Below, piece after piece: positions 24,001-35,999 of a stretch of DNA of 64,000 nucleotides; positions within the stretch are counted from its first letter, which is position 1, and every line of letters begins with the position of its first letter. Below the pieces are notes generated by a model. It saw only the letters and a program-made list of their open reading frames with translations. It did no database searches and was not told the origin of the DNA. This stretch comes from Felis catus (lineage: Eukaryota). The position numbers were made by a program, and so were the translations under genes. The stretch is taken from contig NC_058369.1 in assembly GCF_018350175.1 (NCBI RefSeq), forward strand, positions 8,494,001-8,558,000. The letters run 5' to 3'.

Positions 24001-25290
24001 GCGTGGGTGGCTCAGCCGGTGGAGGGTCCGACTTCAGTTCAGGTCATGATCTTGCGGTTCATGGGTTCCAGCCCCGCGTCGGGCTCTGGCCTGACAGCTC
24101 GGAGCCTGGAGCCTGTTTCGGATTCTGCGTCTCCCTCTCTCTCTGCCCCACGCCTGCTCATGCTCTCAAAAATAAATCAACATTAAGAAAAAAATTAAAA
24201 ATAAAAAAGACTGCAACCCTGGGGTCAAATTCTGACTTTCACCACTTTCTATCTGTGACATGGGCCAGATGTTTTAATTTTCATGCCTCAGTTTATCCAT
24301 CTGTAAATTGGGGATTTATTATTTCATTTTTTTCAAAACAACGCTGCCCCCCCCCACCAGTGAATAAATAGCAGAGATTTCCATGTTCTTTCTTTTTTTT
24401 AATGTTTATTTCTGAGAGAGAGACACAAAGTACGAGCAGGAGACGGTCAGAGAGAGAGAGGGAGACGGCATCGGAAGCAGGCTCCAGGCTCTGAGCTGTC
24501 AGCACAGAGGCCAACGTAGGGCTCGAACCCACAAACCGTGAGATCCATGACCTGAGCTGAAGTCGGACACTTAACCAACTGAACCACCCAGGCGCCCGTC
24601 TATTTCCTCTTTTAAAAAAAGACTTTAGGGGCGCCTGGGTGGCACAGTCGGTTAAGCGTCCGACTTCAGCCAGGTCACGATCTCGCGGTCCGTGAGTTCG
24701 AGCCCCGCGTCGGGCTCTGGGCTGATGGCTCGGAGCCTGGAGCCTGTTTCCGATTCTGTGTCTCCCTCTCTCTCTGCCCCTCCCCCGTTCATGCTCTGTC
24801 TCTCTCTGTCCCAAAAATAAATTAAAAAAAAAACGTTGAAAAAAAATTAAAAATAAAAATAAAAATAAATTAAAAAAGACTTTGAAAATAAATATTAAAT
24901 AGTGCAAATGTGGAGGAAAAAAAAAAGATGCCACTACCAGATTTTTCTTCTTTTTAATTAATAGAATTTATTTATTTTTTTAATTTTAGGCTTGCAGAAA
25001 CACTGGATGTCAAACGCAGAGGGTTACCATATATGTCCTCTCCCCGCCAAGTGGCTTGTCCCATTATCAGCATCTTGCATCAGTGGGATCAACTTGTTAC
25101 AAGCGATGGACGGATATTGAAGGTGAAATGATGTCTCTCTGGATGGGCCCTGAGCCGATGGGCCCGGTGTCCTTCGAGGAAGAAGATTAAGTGACAGATA
25201 CTCCCGGAGGGAAGACCATGTGAAGACGCCTGGAGAAGATGCCCATGTGCAAGCCAGGGAGAAAGACCTCAAGAGAAACCCTTTCCCTTT
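21070..25290 (+). mobile_element. MLT1A/B-like MaLR LTR fragments (21070-21180 and 25110-25290)
   Basis: gactgaattatgtcgccccaaattc...tatttggagatagggtcctt and gggaagaccatgtgaagac...atgtgcaagccagggagaaagacctcaagagaaacc. Confidence 0.6.
24628..24871 (+). mobile_element. Young SINEC_Fc3-like copy with TSD
   Basis: Diagnostic ggcacagtcgg...cttcagccaggtcacgatctcgcggtcc; TSD aaaaaagacttt at 24615-24626 and 24872-24883. Confidence 0.85.
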
Positions 25291-26060
25291 CTGCCCTGCA
25301 CTCCAGACTTTTTTTTATTGGATAGTCGTTTCTGATTTGTTACCTCCACCCCCCAATGATGGTTACTAAAACAACGGAAGCCATAAGATGCCCCCTTGTT
25401 GGGGCGCCTGGGTGGCTCAGCCGATTAAGTGGCTGACCTCAGCTCAGGTCATGATCTCACGGTTTGTGAGTTCGAGCCCCACATGGGGCTTTCTGCTCTC
25501 AGCTCAGAGCCCGCTTTGGATCCTCTGTCTCCCTCTCTCTCGGCCCCTCACTTCCGATCTCCCTCTCTCTCTCAAAAACAAACATTAAAAAAAAAAAAGG
25601 AGACAAAGCAGGAGAGAAATGAACTATGACTATCTTAACACACCCTAAGCTCTGTGATTAAGCAAAATTGGAGTAACTCTGCTGTTTCTACAGTAATATT
25701 TAAACGTCTTCCTGGTGGCTCTGCAGCTCCCCTTCAAGAGCAGCTTTTCAGTGTTTTCTAGAACCTCTGAACTATTACTGACAGATTGCACTAATTTCCT
25801 GTATGATTTTCTTTTTTCTTTTTTGCCTTTTGTTTTGTTTTGTTTTTGCCAAATGTCTGACCTTTGTAATTCGCCGGATGCCTGCACAATTCTGTCTCTT
25901 CGCGTCAGTTCAGTTGGTGTGGGTTAGGGGGGCTTGGAGGGTGCGTCACAGACACGCGCCATTTCCTCCCACTGGCGGACAGAGCGGTGGCTCTGGGGGA
26001 CCGCGACCGGCTGGGAGACTAGCGTGGGGGACCCGTGTAGGGCCGCGCTTCCGCTGACGA

Positions 26061-26074
26061 CCGCCAGGGGGCGC
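26061..26074 (+). promoter_or_regulatory. CTCF consensus motif
   Basis: CCGCCAGGGGGCGC; motif match only. Confidence 0.65.
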
Positions 26075-27749
26075 GAGAGGCCGAGACCGGAGCCTGGTCC
26101 TTGCAGGGACGCCGGGGCGGGGCGGGGACTTGGGGTGGGGGGTGGTGGGACTGCCTCTGGGGCGGGGCTTCGGAGGAGGTACCTCACCCGCCAGGCCTAG
26201 GGTCCCACTTTTCCTCCAGCCACCCCCCCCCCCCCCCCCCCGCATGCTCTCCTTCGGCCTCCACTCTGCCTCCCGTCCTCCCTGCCCTTACTTGTGTTCC
26301 ATTTTCCTGCCCTCTGCGCCACCCCTCTCCCTTCCTCCTTTGCGCCAACACTTTCCTGCCCACTTTTGCCCACATTTTCACGCCCTCATGCGCATCCCTC
26401 GCATCTCCATTTTTCTCGCCCTCCTTTGCGTCCCCGCTTTCGGGCCCTCAGCCCCTGGCTGTTAGGCTCCTTATTTCAAATGACCTTTTAGAGAAAGTCA
26501 TGGAAGGACACACTCCTAGCCGTGAATGTGGCCTGTCGTCCAGGGAGGAGGCAGTGACTCCTACATGAACATCTTTAGTTCCACATATTCCAAAGAGCAG
26601 ACAGTTTGACAAACATTTGTTATTTAAATGTAAAGTATTTTCTCCCTTTGAGCTGAGCCCTTTGTAGGGGCGGGGGCGGTCACAGAAGATTCTGAAAGTC
26701 CTGAGCCCTCCAAGGACCTGCTCACACACACCCTCCAACCCAGGGCTGGATAAAGGGGGCACATGAGTGGAGTAGCACGGACCTGGGGGGGGGGGCAGGG
26801 AGACAATGTGGGCTAAGGGCTGCAGGAGCTGGGGGGGAGCCCTCAATGCCAAGTGCATAATTTTTGCTCTGAAATGCCTGCTGTGGGTCTGTCATCGTCG
26901 AGAAAGGCCCAGTGATCAATGGCACAGGGCTCGAGGGAACCTGCTTCACCTGCTATGGCTGAGCAGCCTTCCGAGGGAGAAAGGACAGGTTTGGGCCGAA
27001 ATGCGGAAGTGGGGCCGGAGTTGGCAGGGTGGAGGGGTGTCAGAGGTTGCCACGTTCATGTCCCTCTTGGAGCTTCAAAGCCCAGCCTTGACTGACCTTG
27101 CTTCCTGTGTGGCTTTGGGCAGTTACCTTGGCCTCTGAGCCCCGTGAGAGGAATGAGTTCAGTGAGCTGATGTGTAGGCAGGCAGAGGCTTAGGGGACCC
27201 CATGGCTTGTAACTAGATGCTGCTTCATGGAGCTTCATTCACTCATTCATTTATTCCACATCAGTTTCTTGAGCACCTACTGTGTACCAGGCCTTGGGAA
27301 CGCAACCGTGACTAGGACAGCCCAGGACCCCACCCACTTGGAGCCCCCAGCATAGCGGGGTTATTAACCATAAGAGTGGTCAGTGCTGAGCACTATACCT
27401 ACGGGGCCCCGGTGGCACCTAGGGGGTACCAGGGCAGCACATCGTGCCTTTTCTCCACCCCTGGTGGAGAACGAGGAGCCCGCAGGGGCATTTCGGGGCA
27501 TCTGCTTCCCTGGCACTGGGAGCCTTTGCTCCAGCATCCAGTTGTGATGTGATAAAAGCTTATGAAGGAGGAGAGGTAACTGCTGGGGCCCCCTCCCTGG
27601 CAGACGATCAGACTGCCAGGAGAGCGGGGGGCACAGCAAACCAGCCTGGGTGCCCCCGACCCCGGCCCTATACCATCTGGGGAGACCGTAGCCCAGGGGT
27701 TTAGGAGAGATGCTGACTTCAACCTCCGGAGCACCCCAGTCTGGCTGAC

Positions 27750-27818
27750 ACGGCTGAAATGCACACTCCCTACTCTTCCCGGAAGAGACTGTTATCTTTC
27801 TTCAATGGCTTCACGGCG
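27750..27818 (+). pseudogene. TSPAN16: TSPAN16 exon 1 remnant (69 nt; ACG at the ancestral ATG position)
   Basis: ACG GCT GAA ATG CAC ACT CCC TAC TCT TCC ... TTC ACG GCG|gtaagt. Confidence 0.88.
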
Positions 27819-29101
27819 GTAAGTATGTCACCACCCAGACCCTGGGGCTTTGCCGCCCTTCCTCCATAGCTGTCTCCCTCAAAGACAGAAATAAGTTGAT
27901 CCAAATTTCACCGGCATCCGGATCGGTGGTCTCCGGGGAAGCAGGAGGGATGTAGGGCAGACGGACGAGGAGCAGGACAGGTTGCGAACGGGTGTAGGCT
28001 CCATGGACCCAGAGTTGGTGAAATCAAGCACAGAAGAGTGTGATGGGGGAGGGGGGCCGGGTTGGCCGTGGAGGAGCTCGGCTCTAAGTCAAATCTTGCG
28101 GAAAATTAAGTTGTTTGGGAAGGGCAAAAGGGAGGGGGTATTTGCCCGGTCCTTTACATTTTTCGAAAAAGACTTTTTTTTCTTACTATGAAAGTGACCC
28201 AGAATGTACCTCATTAAAGAAGCAATTGTTTTGGTAGCAGAATCGCACTAAGGAAAGACTTCCAGGAAAAAAAAAGAAGGATATTAAAGACCACGCTTCA
28301 TCTTGTTACCTGTGATGTAACATTTTCACGGGAGTTAAATGAGACAAGTACATTTCTTTCCTTTTTTTTTCAAGTACATTTCTTTTTTAAAGCAGGCTCC
28401 ACGTGCGGCGCCTGGGTGGCTCAGTCGGTTAAGCATCCAACGCTTGATTTCAGCTTGGGTCACGATCTCACGGTTCATGGGATCAAGCTCCTCATGGAGC
28501 CCCGCAGGGGGCTCTGCACTCACCGCCGGGGGGCTGCTTGGGCCTCTTTCTCTCCCTCTCTCTCTGCCCTTCCCCCACTCGTGAGCACATACTCTCTCTC
28601 AAGATAAAGAAGCATTTAAAAAAAATTTTTTATTACATTTATTTATGTTTGAGAGACAGAGAGAGACAGAGCACAAGTGGGGGAGGGGCAGAGAGAGAAC
28701 GAGACACAGAATCCGAAGCAGGCTCCAGGCTCTGGGCCGTCAGCGCAGAGCCTGACGCGGGGCTCGAACTCACGAGCCGAGAGATCATGACCTGAGCGGA
28801 AGTCGGATGCTTAACTGACTGAGCCACCCAGGCACCCCTTTTATTTTTTATTTTTAAATGTTTATTTATTTTTGAGACAGAGAGAGACAGAGCGTGAACA
28901 GGGGATGGGCAGAGAGAGGGAGACACAGAATCTGAAACGGGCTCCAGGCTCTGAGCTGTCAGCACAGAGCCTGACGCGGGGCTCGAACTCATGAACTGTG
29001 AGATCATGACCTGAGCCGAGGTCGGCCGCTTAACGACTGAGCCACCCAGGCGCCCCAAAACCTTTAACATTTTAAACATGAACTGCGAAGGGTCCTCCCG
29101 C

Positions 29102-29125
29102 GCACACACACACACACACACACAC
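29102..29125. repeat. (CA)n microsatellite
   Basis: gcacacacacacacacacacacac. Confidence 0.9.
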
Positions 29126-29314
29126 GTCTGTTGCCTGGCAACCATATATGAGCCGATCTCTCCACATCCTCGCTAACTCTGGGTACACGGGTATTATCAT
29201 TTTTTAATGTTTTTGCTGACTTTACCCGCCTTTGCTCTTCTCCCCTCCCCTGGGAGAGCTCCATTTGTATACAACTGACAGACTGTTTTTCCCTGTCTGA
29301 CTCCTGTCCCAAAG

Positions 29315-29512
29315 ATATCTGGTGTGGTCCTCACTGGCCGGGGCATCCATGGCAGCTTCAGAGGGGCTGTCCTGACGAGGGTCCTCGCGCTGCCCTCCGC
29401 ATACCTCCTTCACGTTGGCTCCCTGTGCCCGGCAATGAGCTACCTCACGGGGCCGCTTGGCTTTGCCGGGTGGTCTGGAGCAACCAAAGGAAGCAGAGAC
29501 ACTCTCTTGTTT
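29315..29512 (+). pseudogene. TSPAN16: TSPAN16 exon 2 remnant (198 nt, frame intact)
   Basis: ccaaag|ISGVVLTGRGIHGSFRGAVLTRVLALPSAYLLHVGSLCPAMSYLTGPLGFAGWSGATKGSRDTLLF|gtaagt. Confidence 0.9.
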
Positions 29513-29639
29513 GTAAGTCGGATCTGCACTCAGACCCCAAAGTACCCTCCCGTGTGAATCCTTCCTCGCGCGCATCACAGCCCCCTGGCGGCAGGCATCC
29601 CCTACTCTTCAGCGTTTGTGGTCTCATACGAAGGCATCA

Positions 29640-30000
29640 GAATGCATCCGTGTTCCTCCTTTATGATGTATCTCGGTCGGGACTCCTCTCCCACCCAAGG
29701 CCATAAGTTACAGTCTCCCGGGTCTTCTTCCCATAATTTTAAATCTTGCTTTCTCACTTTTAGCTCTTTGGCTTTTGGGAGTTTTATTATCGGAGCGTGG
29801 TGTGAGGTAGGGGTCAGTCCTCTCCCGCCTCCATTTTTCTTGGGTCTTTTCTGGGCACGCCGGTCTGTGTCATCAGCCCGTGTGTACGTTCCCACTCACG
29901 CAACACTGTGGCCACTGTCATGGGTGTGCAACAAGAGTTTTGAGCACGATCGTGCAGACGGCGTGTTGCAGATTGTACGTGTCTTGCCCCATCCGGCCTC
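29640..30000 (-). mobile_element. Old L1 ORF2 fragment
   Basis: Antisense L1-like phrases (ggtgtgaggtaggggtc...ccactgtcatgggtgtgcaacaagagttttgag). Confidence 0.55.
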
Positions 30001-30797
30001 GGCTAACCCCCCAAAGTCTGGCCCCCAGTCTCCCCACTCCCATTTGCCTTAGAATCGTGTCTGAGTGGATTATCCCACCCTAGGTAAAATTTGTCTCCAG
30101 CATTTTTGTTTTGTTTTCTTTTGTTTTCCTTCCTCCACTGTGTTGCTGCAAAACTCTGGTTCAGTGTGGGGGGTTTCCGGGAGACCCTCAATACGGTCAT
30201 CTCCCAGAGCGTAAACCACCTCCAGGATTAAAAGCACCCCGCCCCCACTCCCCTCCTCCCTGAAGCTCTATCATCTTGATTCCTCAGTTACTCCCTTCAG
30301 CAAATATTTATTGGACAGGTCCCGTGCCTGAAATATTTCATTTCCTTTTCAATCTGATGCGGACGCTATTTGCTAGTTTATTTATAGTTTAACTTGGAGG
30401 AATCCGCGTGCTCTCCCTCACACGCCACGTCCAACCCATCAGCAAATCCGATTGACCTTACCCTTAGTACCTGTCCCTCCAAAGCCTCTGAGAACTCAAA
30501 AAAAGCAAACTGAAGGGGGCAGTCGGTTGAGCATTGGACTCTTGCTTTGGGTTCAGGCCATGATCCCAAAGTCGTGGAACAGAGCCCAGTGTTGGGCTGT
30601 GCGCTGAGCACGGGGCCTGCTTAGGATTCTCTCTCTCTCTCCCTCGGTTCTCTCCCCCACTGTCTCTGTCTTCTTAAAAAAAAGAAAAAAGAAAAATTAA
30701 ATTAAAAAAAGAAAAGAAAAGCGAAATCATTTTGATGGTGTGGGGAGCCACAGAGGATTCTGAGAAGAGGTAGGAGCCCTGACTCAGGGACTCACGG

Positions 30798-30813
30798 GCG
30801 CCCTCTGGTGGCC
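30798..30813 (-). promoter_or_regulatory. CTCF consensus motif
   Basis: GGCCACCAGAGGGCGC on the minus strand; motif match only. Confidence 0.65.
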
Positions 30814-31965
30814 CTTGGGGGAACGGCGTGGGGAGACCGCTCTGGAGGGACTGTGCTGGTCCAGGTGGGAGACGGTGGGGGCTGGGAAGCATGAGGCTGC
30901 AGAGGGGAGGAGAAGGGGGCAGATTAGGGGTAGGTTCTGAAAATGGAACCTATCAAGGACATACAGACGCCTGGATATCAGTACTCTGGCCACCTCGGTC
31001 ACCGAGAGGCGGGGACATGGTAATAACATTAATCCTCGCTCTCTGTCCCATGAGCCGCTAGTCTAGGGTTCCACAACTGCTAAGCCCTGCATCCGTGTTT
31101 GTCCTTGTGGGTCCCTGGATGTGTACCCGCTGCTGTGCCTTCCTGCCTTTCTTAGCTAGATAAGGCCAGCCACGGGCCGGTCTGGCAACTCCAAGCCTGG
31201 ATGTGGAAACAGATTTTAAAAATCATGATCATAACAGGCAAAGACGGGAATAGATGAAAGGGGAGCCAGGAGCTGACCTTCCTTTGCCCCCGTCTGGCCC
31301 CCAGAAGCTCTGCAGAACTCACTGACGCCCCTGGAGCTGGTCCAACCCCCACATTGTACAAATGGGGAAACTGAGGCCCGGGCTGAGCAGCAGTTTCTCC
31401 TTGAGGGGTAACTTGGAGACATCTCCTCTGTTTGCTGCCTGTCTCATTGTTTTCCCCTGGGCTGGTGAATCTTGTCTGAAACATAAGCCAGCAGACCTAA
31501 GTCCCCCCCCCACCACCCTGTAGCCACCAACCTGTCCCCCCGTGTCTTCCCTACAGTCCCCTTTACCTCTTCCCCCCTTTGCAAAGGTTTTCAGCCCACT
31601 TCTCCTCCCCTCCTCTTGCCTCTGTTCTGTCCTTCCAACCCTCCCTCCTGCTTCCTCCATGGGCGCACAGCCTTTATTGACCTGGAGGTCCCTCATAGGT
31701 CTTCCTGATGCCCAGAAAGTTCTGGGCATGAAACGGAGGTCCAGCTAGTGGCTCCCAAGAAAACCTCGGTGCCAACATCCTGGCCAAATGCAGGAAAATG
31801 ACACACAGAGGAAATAACCCCCACACCCCACCCAGGCTGAGTTCTTTCAAACTGAAGAGGCTACGTGGCCTGGGAATGAGGGGAAGAGGGACAGGCCCCT
31901 CCCCTGCAGGGACAAGGTTGCACAGGCTCCCAGCCCCCTCCCTCCCTTCCCTCCGTGTCTTCCAA

Positions 31966-32031
31966 TGTTTCCTGTTCGTGGTTATCATTCTCATCGCTGA
32001 AATCACAGTGGTCCTCACCTTCTTCCCCATG
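31966..32031 (+). pseudogene. TSPAN16: TSPAN16 exon 3 remnant (66 nt; acceptor AA)
   Basis: Pyrimidine tract ending cttccaa|CFLFVVIILIAEITVVLTFFPM|gtaagt (TM3-like). Confidence 0.85.
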
Positions 32032-32659
32032 GTAAGTACAATGTTGCCTCTCCCACGGCACATGACAAATAAATCGAATCAGTAGAGGCACTGCCCCTCC
32101 CTCCCCCACTCAGTGATACCTGGCCCACGGGTCCCTGGGACGGGATACTGGGTCTCCACAAATGGGGTGAGGAGCCAGAAACCTCCGCTGTCCCCTCAAA
32201 GCCCTCAAGAGACTGGCCGAGTTGATTTCACCATCTCTGCTTCTCTCCTGCATTTGGTGGTAAGGTATCAGAAAGGAATGGGGGAAAAAAATAAGACGAA
32301 AAATAAATTAAAAATAAAGGTAATGGGAAAAGCGGTAAAATCTGTTGGGGTTTTGAAACGTGTTAGAAACAGAGGGCTGTTTAGCAAAATCCGTCAAGAT
32401 GATGAGGCGTGGATGCTTTGACCCAACTGTCCCATCTCTAGGAATTATCCAAGGATTTGCTTGCTCAGGTGCAGAAGGACATATAGCTCAGGGCGTGCAA
32501 AAGACTGCCACGGGCCTCGTAAGCCTCAGGAGGAGGGTGGCTAATTTATAATAATGCATACAAGGAAGTCCAATGCAGGGGGAAAGAAGGAAGTAGGAGG
32601 CTCCCCATGCACGAGGTGGTGCCTTCTCCGGGACAAGACGCTCTCCTCCATTGCATCAA

Positions 32660-33000
32660 CCCCCCCAGAGGTAGACCCTGAGACGAGGTTCTGTAGGTTC
32701 ATGGTTTATTAGAGAGGTGGTCCCAAGAAGCACCTGTAGGGGACAGGGGAAGTGAGGCAGGGAAGGGGACGCAGCCCTTAAAGGGTGACACTGCAGGGCT
32801 GCCGGGCTCATCGAATGTGTGCCCCCACAGGGGACAATGTTGACGTACCTCCCATCAGGATTGCCTGAGGGCCGCCCCCAGGGCACCTGTGGGCTGAGAG
32901 GCCACAGAGAGCCAGCCCTGGGTTGCTGGCCCCGTGTGCACAGAAATGACAAATGCCGCGGGGATGTGAGCAGGGCCCCGAGAGCAATTTCTACTCTTGT
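32660..33000. mobile_element. Old MLT1-like LTR fragment (another at about 37700-38188)
   Basis: agaccctgagacgaggttc...gtttattagagaggtggtcccaagaagc; the second copy has ctgggaaatgtagtttgcagg. Confidence 0.5.
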
Positions 33001-33171
33001 TAAGAACAGCCAGATGCCTAGGGCGCCTGGGTGGCTGGGTCGGTTAAGCAGCTGACTTCAGCTCAGGTCAGGATCTCACAGTTCGTGAGTTCGAGCCCTG
33101 CGTCAGGCTCTCCGCTGTCTGCTCGGAGCCCGCTTTGGATTCTGTGTCTCCTGCTCTCTGTGCTCCTCCCC

Positions 33172-33204
<33 letters not shown>

Positions 33205-33939
33205 AAAACAAAGAAACATTAAAAAAAAAAAAGTTTAAAAAATAATAAAAAGAACAGCCAGATGCCGACCAGTGAGAATAGCTACAAAGCAAGGAGAGGA
33301 ATGATGAGAATATGCTTTGCTTTGACACACATTGAATACCTCTTTTGGGACACAGGAAACAGTAACAGTCAGCCGCGGCCGAGGGGGAGGCACTTGTTGG
33401 CTGGGAGAAAAAGGTGGGAGGGAGACTTGGTCGCCGCGTCGCCTTCTGTGCTCTGTGGATGTTGTGCCACGTGACTGCTCCACCTCGTCCAAAAAGCCTG
33501 TTGTATTTAGACCCTTATTTAAAAAAAAAAAAAAAAAAATAGAAAATTACATTCGCCCCTTGTGTGCGGAGACCGATTCCGCGGCTAAAGATGATCGGAG
33601 GCTTTAATGGAGTTACAGCCAAATCGGGGGTGTAGCAGGCCCGTGGGCGATTCAGAAGAGCAGACCATTCAGGTTTGTGATGGGTACAACCAGATGCAAG
33701 AGCTCAAGACCCACGCTCTTCTCTGGGGGGGGGGGGGGGGTGATGGCAGCCAGGATTTATCCTCCTTCAGTGCAGACCCAGAGCTCAGGCAGGGCATGGG
33801 CTGTGAAGGGGGCAGAAGGAGGCAGAAGGAGGCAGAAGGGACACCCCCGCCTCGCCGCTCTGTCCCCGAGAAACCTCACTCACCGAGCGGGGCACCTTGC
33901 GCTGCCGTGTGTCCGTCACTTCCCTGTTTCCTCTCTGAG

Positions 33940-34045
33940 GTTCAAGAAGTGGCCTTGGAGCACGTCTTCGCGACCCTGAGGAAGAATCTATAATTACAGT
34001 GAGCCAGACGACTGTTCCGCGGAATGGAACTTGGTCACGGGGACG
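33940..34045 (+). pseudogene. TSPAN16: TSPAN16 exon 4 remnant (106 nt, frameshifted)
   Basis: VQEVALEHVFATLRKNL* then, in a shifted frame, YSEPDDCSAEWNLVTGT|gtgagg. Confidence 0.9.
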
Positions 34046-35881
34046 GTGAGGCTCGCACCTTGTGTGTGTTATGGTGGCAAAAGACACACCACATGAAGTT
34101 ACCCATCTCAACCGTTAGAAAAATTAAAAAAAAATTTTTTTTAATGTTTATTCATTTTTTTGAGAGACAGAGCGCAAGCAGGGGAGGGGCGGAGAGAGAG
34201 GGAGACTCAGAATCCGAGGCAGGCTCCAGGCTCCGAGCTGCCAGCACAGAGCCCGACGCGGGGCTCGAACTCGCGAACCGCGAGATCAGGACCTGAGCCG
34301 AAGTCGGACGCTCAGCGTCTTGGTGTTTAAGGAACAGGACCGGCTGGTCTGTGGCGTCTAAGCTCTTGGGGCGGGTGGCTTAGCAGCGTCCCTGAAGCCA
34401 GGGAGGGTTTGGAAGGAGAGAGCATTCCCTGTCTCTAGGAGTGTGTCACATCCGGGGCTTGGGCCCGGGAACTGCTGTGGGGCCACGTTCAGGCTTGGGA
34501 GGGGGCCCCACCATGGGTAGGCGGCCTCCCGCATCCCAGTTTTGGCTCCCGAGGCTCGAGACGGGAGAGAACGTCTCTCATACCTTCGTACGGCCCTTGT
34601 CCTGATATTTATTGAGCACCTACTGCGTGCTGGGCACTGTTCAGGGCTCTGGGGACACAGCAGGGCACAGAGCAAAATCCTCGCCCGGTGTTCCTGGCGC
34701 TTAAGTGGGGACACGGACGAGAAATCAGTAAGTGAGCGTGGGTGTCCGAGGTGATACGTGCCGTGAAGAAGAACAAGGCAGGGAAAGGGCAGAGAGAGTG
34801 AGTGTCCGTTAGTCAAAGGTGCTGTGTGTCATCCATTGTCACCACACAGTGGGATGCTCTGTCCTGGCCCCTTTGCGGGGGTCCTGCCATGCGTTCCGGC
34901 CAATGAGCCGTGGCCGGAAGTCTTGTGGGTCGCTTCTGGGCCAAATTATTTAATTGCCTGTGCAGGGCCCCCCCCCCCCCCCCGAGAGCTCTCTTTCCTC
35001 CTGCCACGACCATAGGACATCTGGACGGTGGCTGCTTCCCCAGCCTGAGTCCCTGAGTCATTCTGATAAAGCAGAGCCCCCCTGCCAAGCCGTGAGGGGC
35101 GTGTAGCATGCGTGGGAAGTGAACTGTGGAGATTGAGGGGCCATCTGTTACGCAGCATCACCTGACCCCGCCTGGCTGATACAGGGGCTGTGGCTAACTT
35201 GGAAAGAGGGTTCAGGGCAGGCCTTCCCCGGGCGGGACGTTTGAATAGAGAGCTGAATGCAAAGTGAGTGAGAGAGCCGAGCGGGTATTTGAGGGCATAG
35301 CGTTCCAGAAAGAGGGAACAGCCTGTATAAAGGCCCCGGGGCTGGAGCTGGCTAAGTGCGTTTGAGGAACCGTGAGGGGACCAGCGTGGCTGGCGCTGAG
35401 TGAGTAAGAGGGAGAGTGGAGGGAGATGAGGGCCTGGGGGTGACTGGGCAGGTCGCGCAGGGGCTCGCGGGCCATGGTGAGGGGTTCAGCTTTTACCACC
35501 CAGTAAGATGACTAGGCACCGAGGGCGCCTGGGTGATTCAGTCATTCCGCATCTTGACTTTGGCTCAGGCCAGGATCGCACGGTTCACGAGTTGGAGTCC
35601 CACGCTGGGTGAGCTCGTGCCCCGTTTCTCTCTCTCTCTCTCTGGTCCTCGCTCACTTGCACCCTCTCGCTCTCAAAAAAAAAAAAAAAAAAAAGATGAA
35701 CACCCAGGGAGGGTTCTGAGCCTTGAACGGCTAGAGGGAGGGAGGCATTTAGCGCGAGAGCCCCCGGCAGAGGCCTATGTTGCCGACTCTAGACCGTAGC
35801 CATGGTGACCATGCTTTCTATTGTGTTCATTATTTCCAGAGTTGAAAGGGCACCTTCAAGGGCCTATCCTCCTCTCTGCAG

Positions 35882-35999
35882 CTAAAGTGCTGTGGGGCAA
35901 GGAACTACACAGGCTTTTCTGAGTCTTCCTTTGAAATGACTGCTGGTCCCTCGGACCCCAGGGGCTGCAGCCCACAAGGGTGACACCATCCACCAGGGG
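35882..35999 (+). pseudogene. TSPAN16: TSPAN16 exon 5 remnant (118 nt, internal deletion)
   Basis: ctgcag|LKCCGARNYTGFSESSFEMTAGPSDPRGCSPQG*; in another frame DTIHQG|gtcact. Confidence 0.87.

Noticed and set aside
26223-26241. Long poly-C/poly-G runs (also near 265, 20612, 33725, 34967, 36181, 54651, 63213) as G-quadruplex elements
   Set aside because: Homopolymer lengths are unreliable in this gapped assembly; there is no independent evidence of function.
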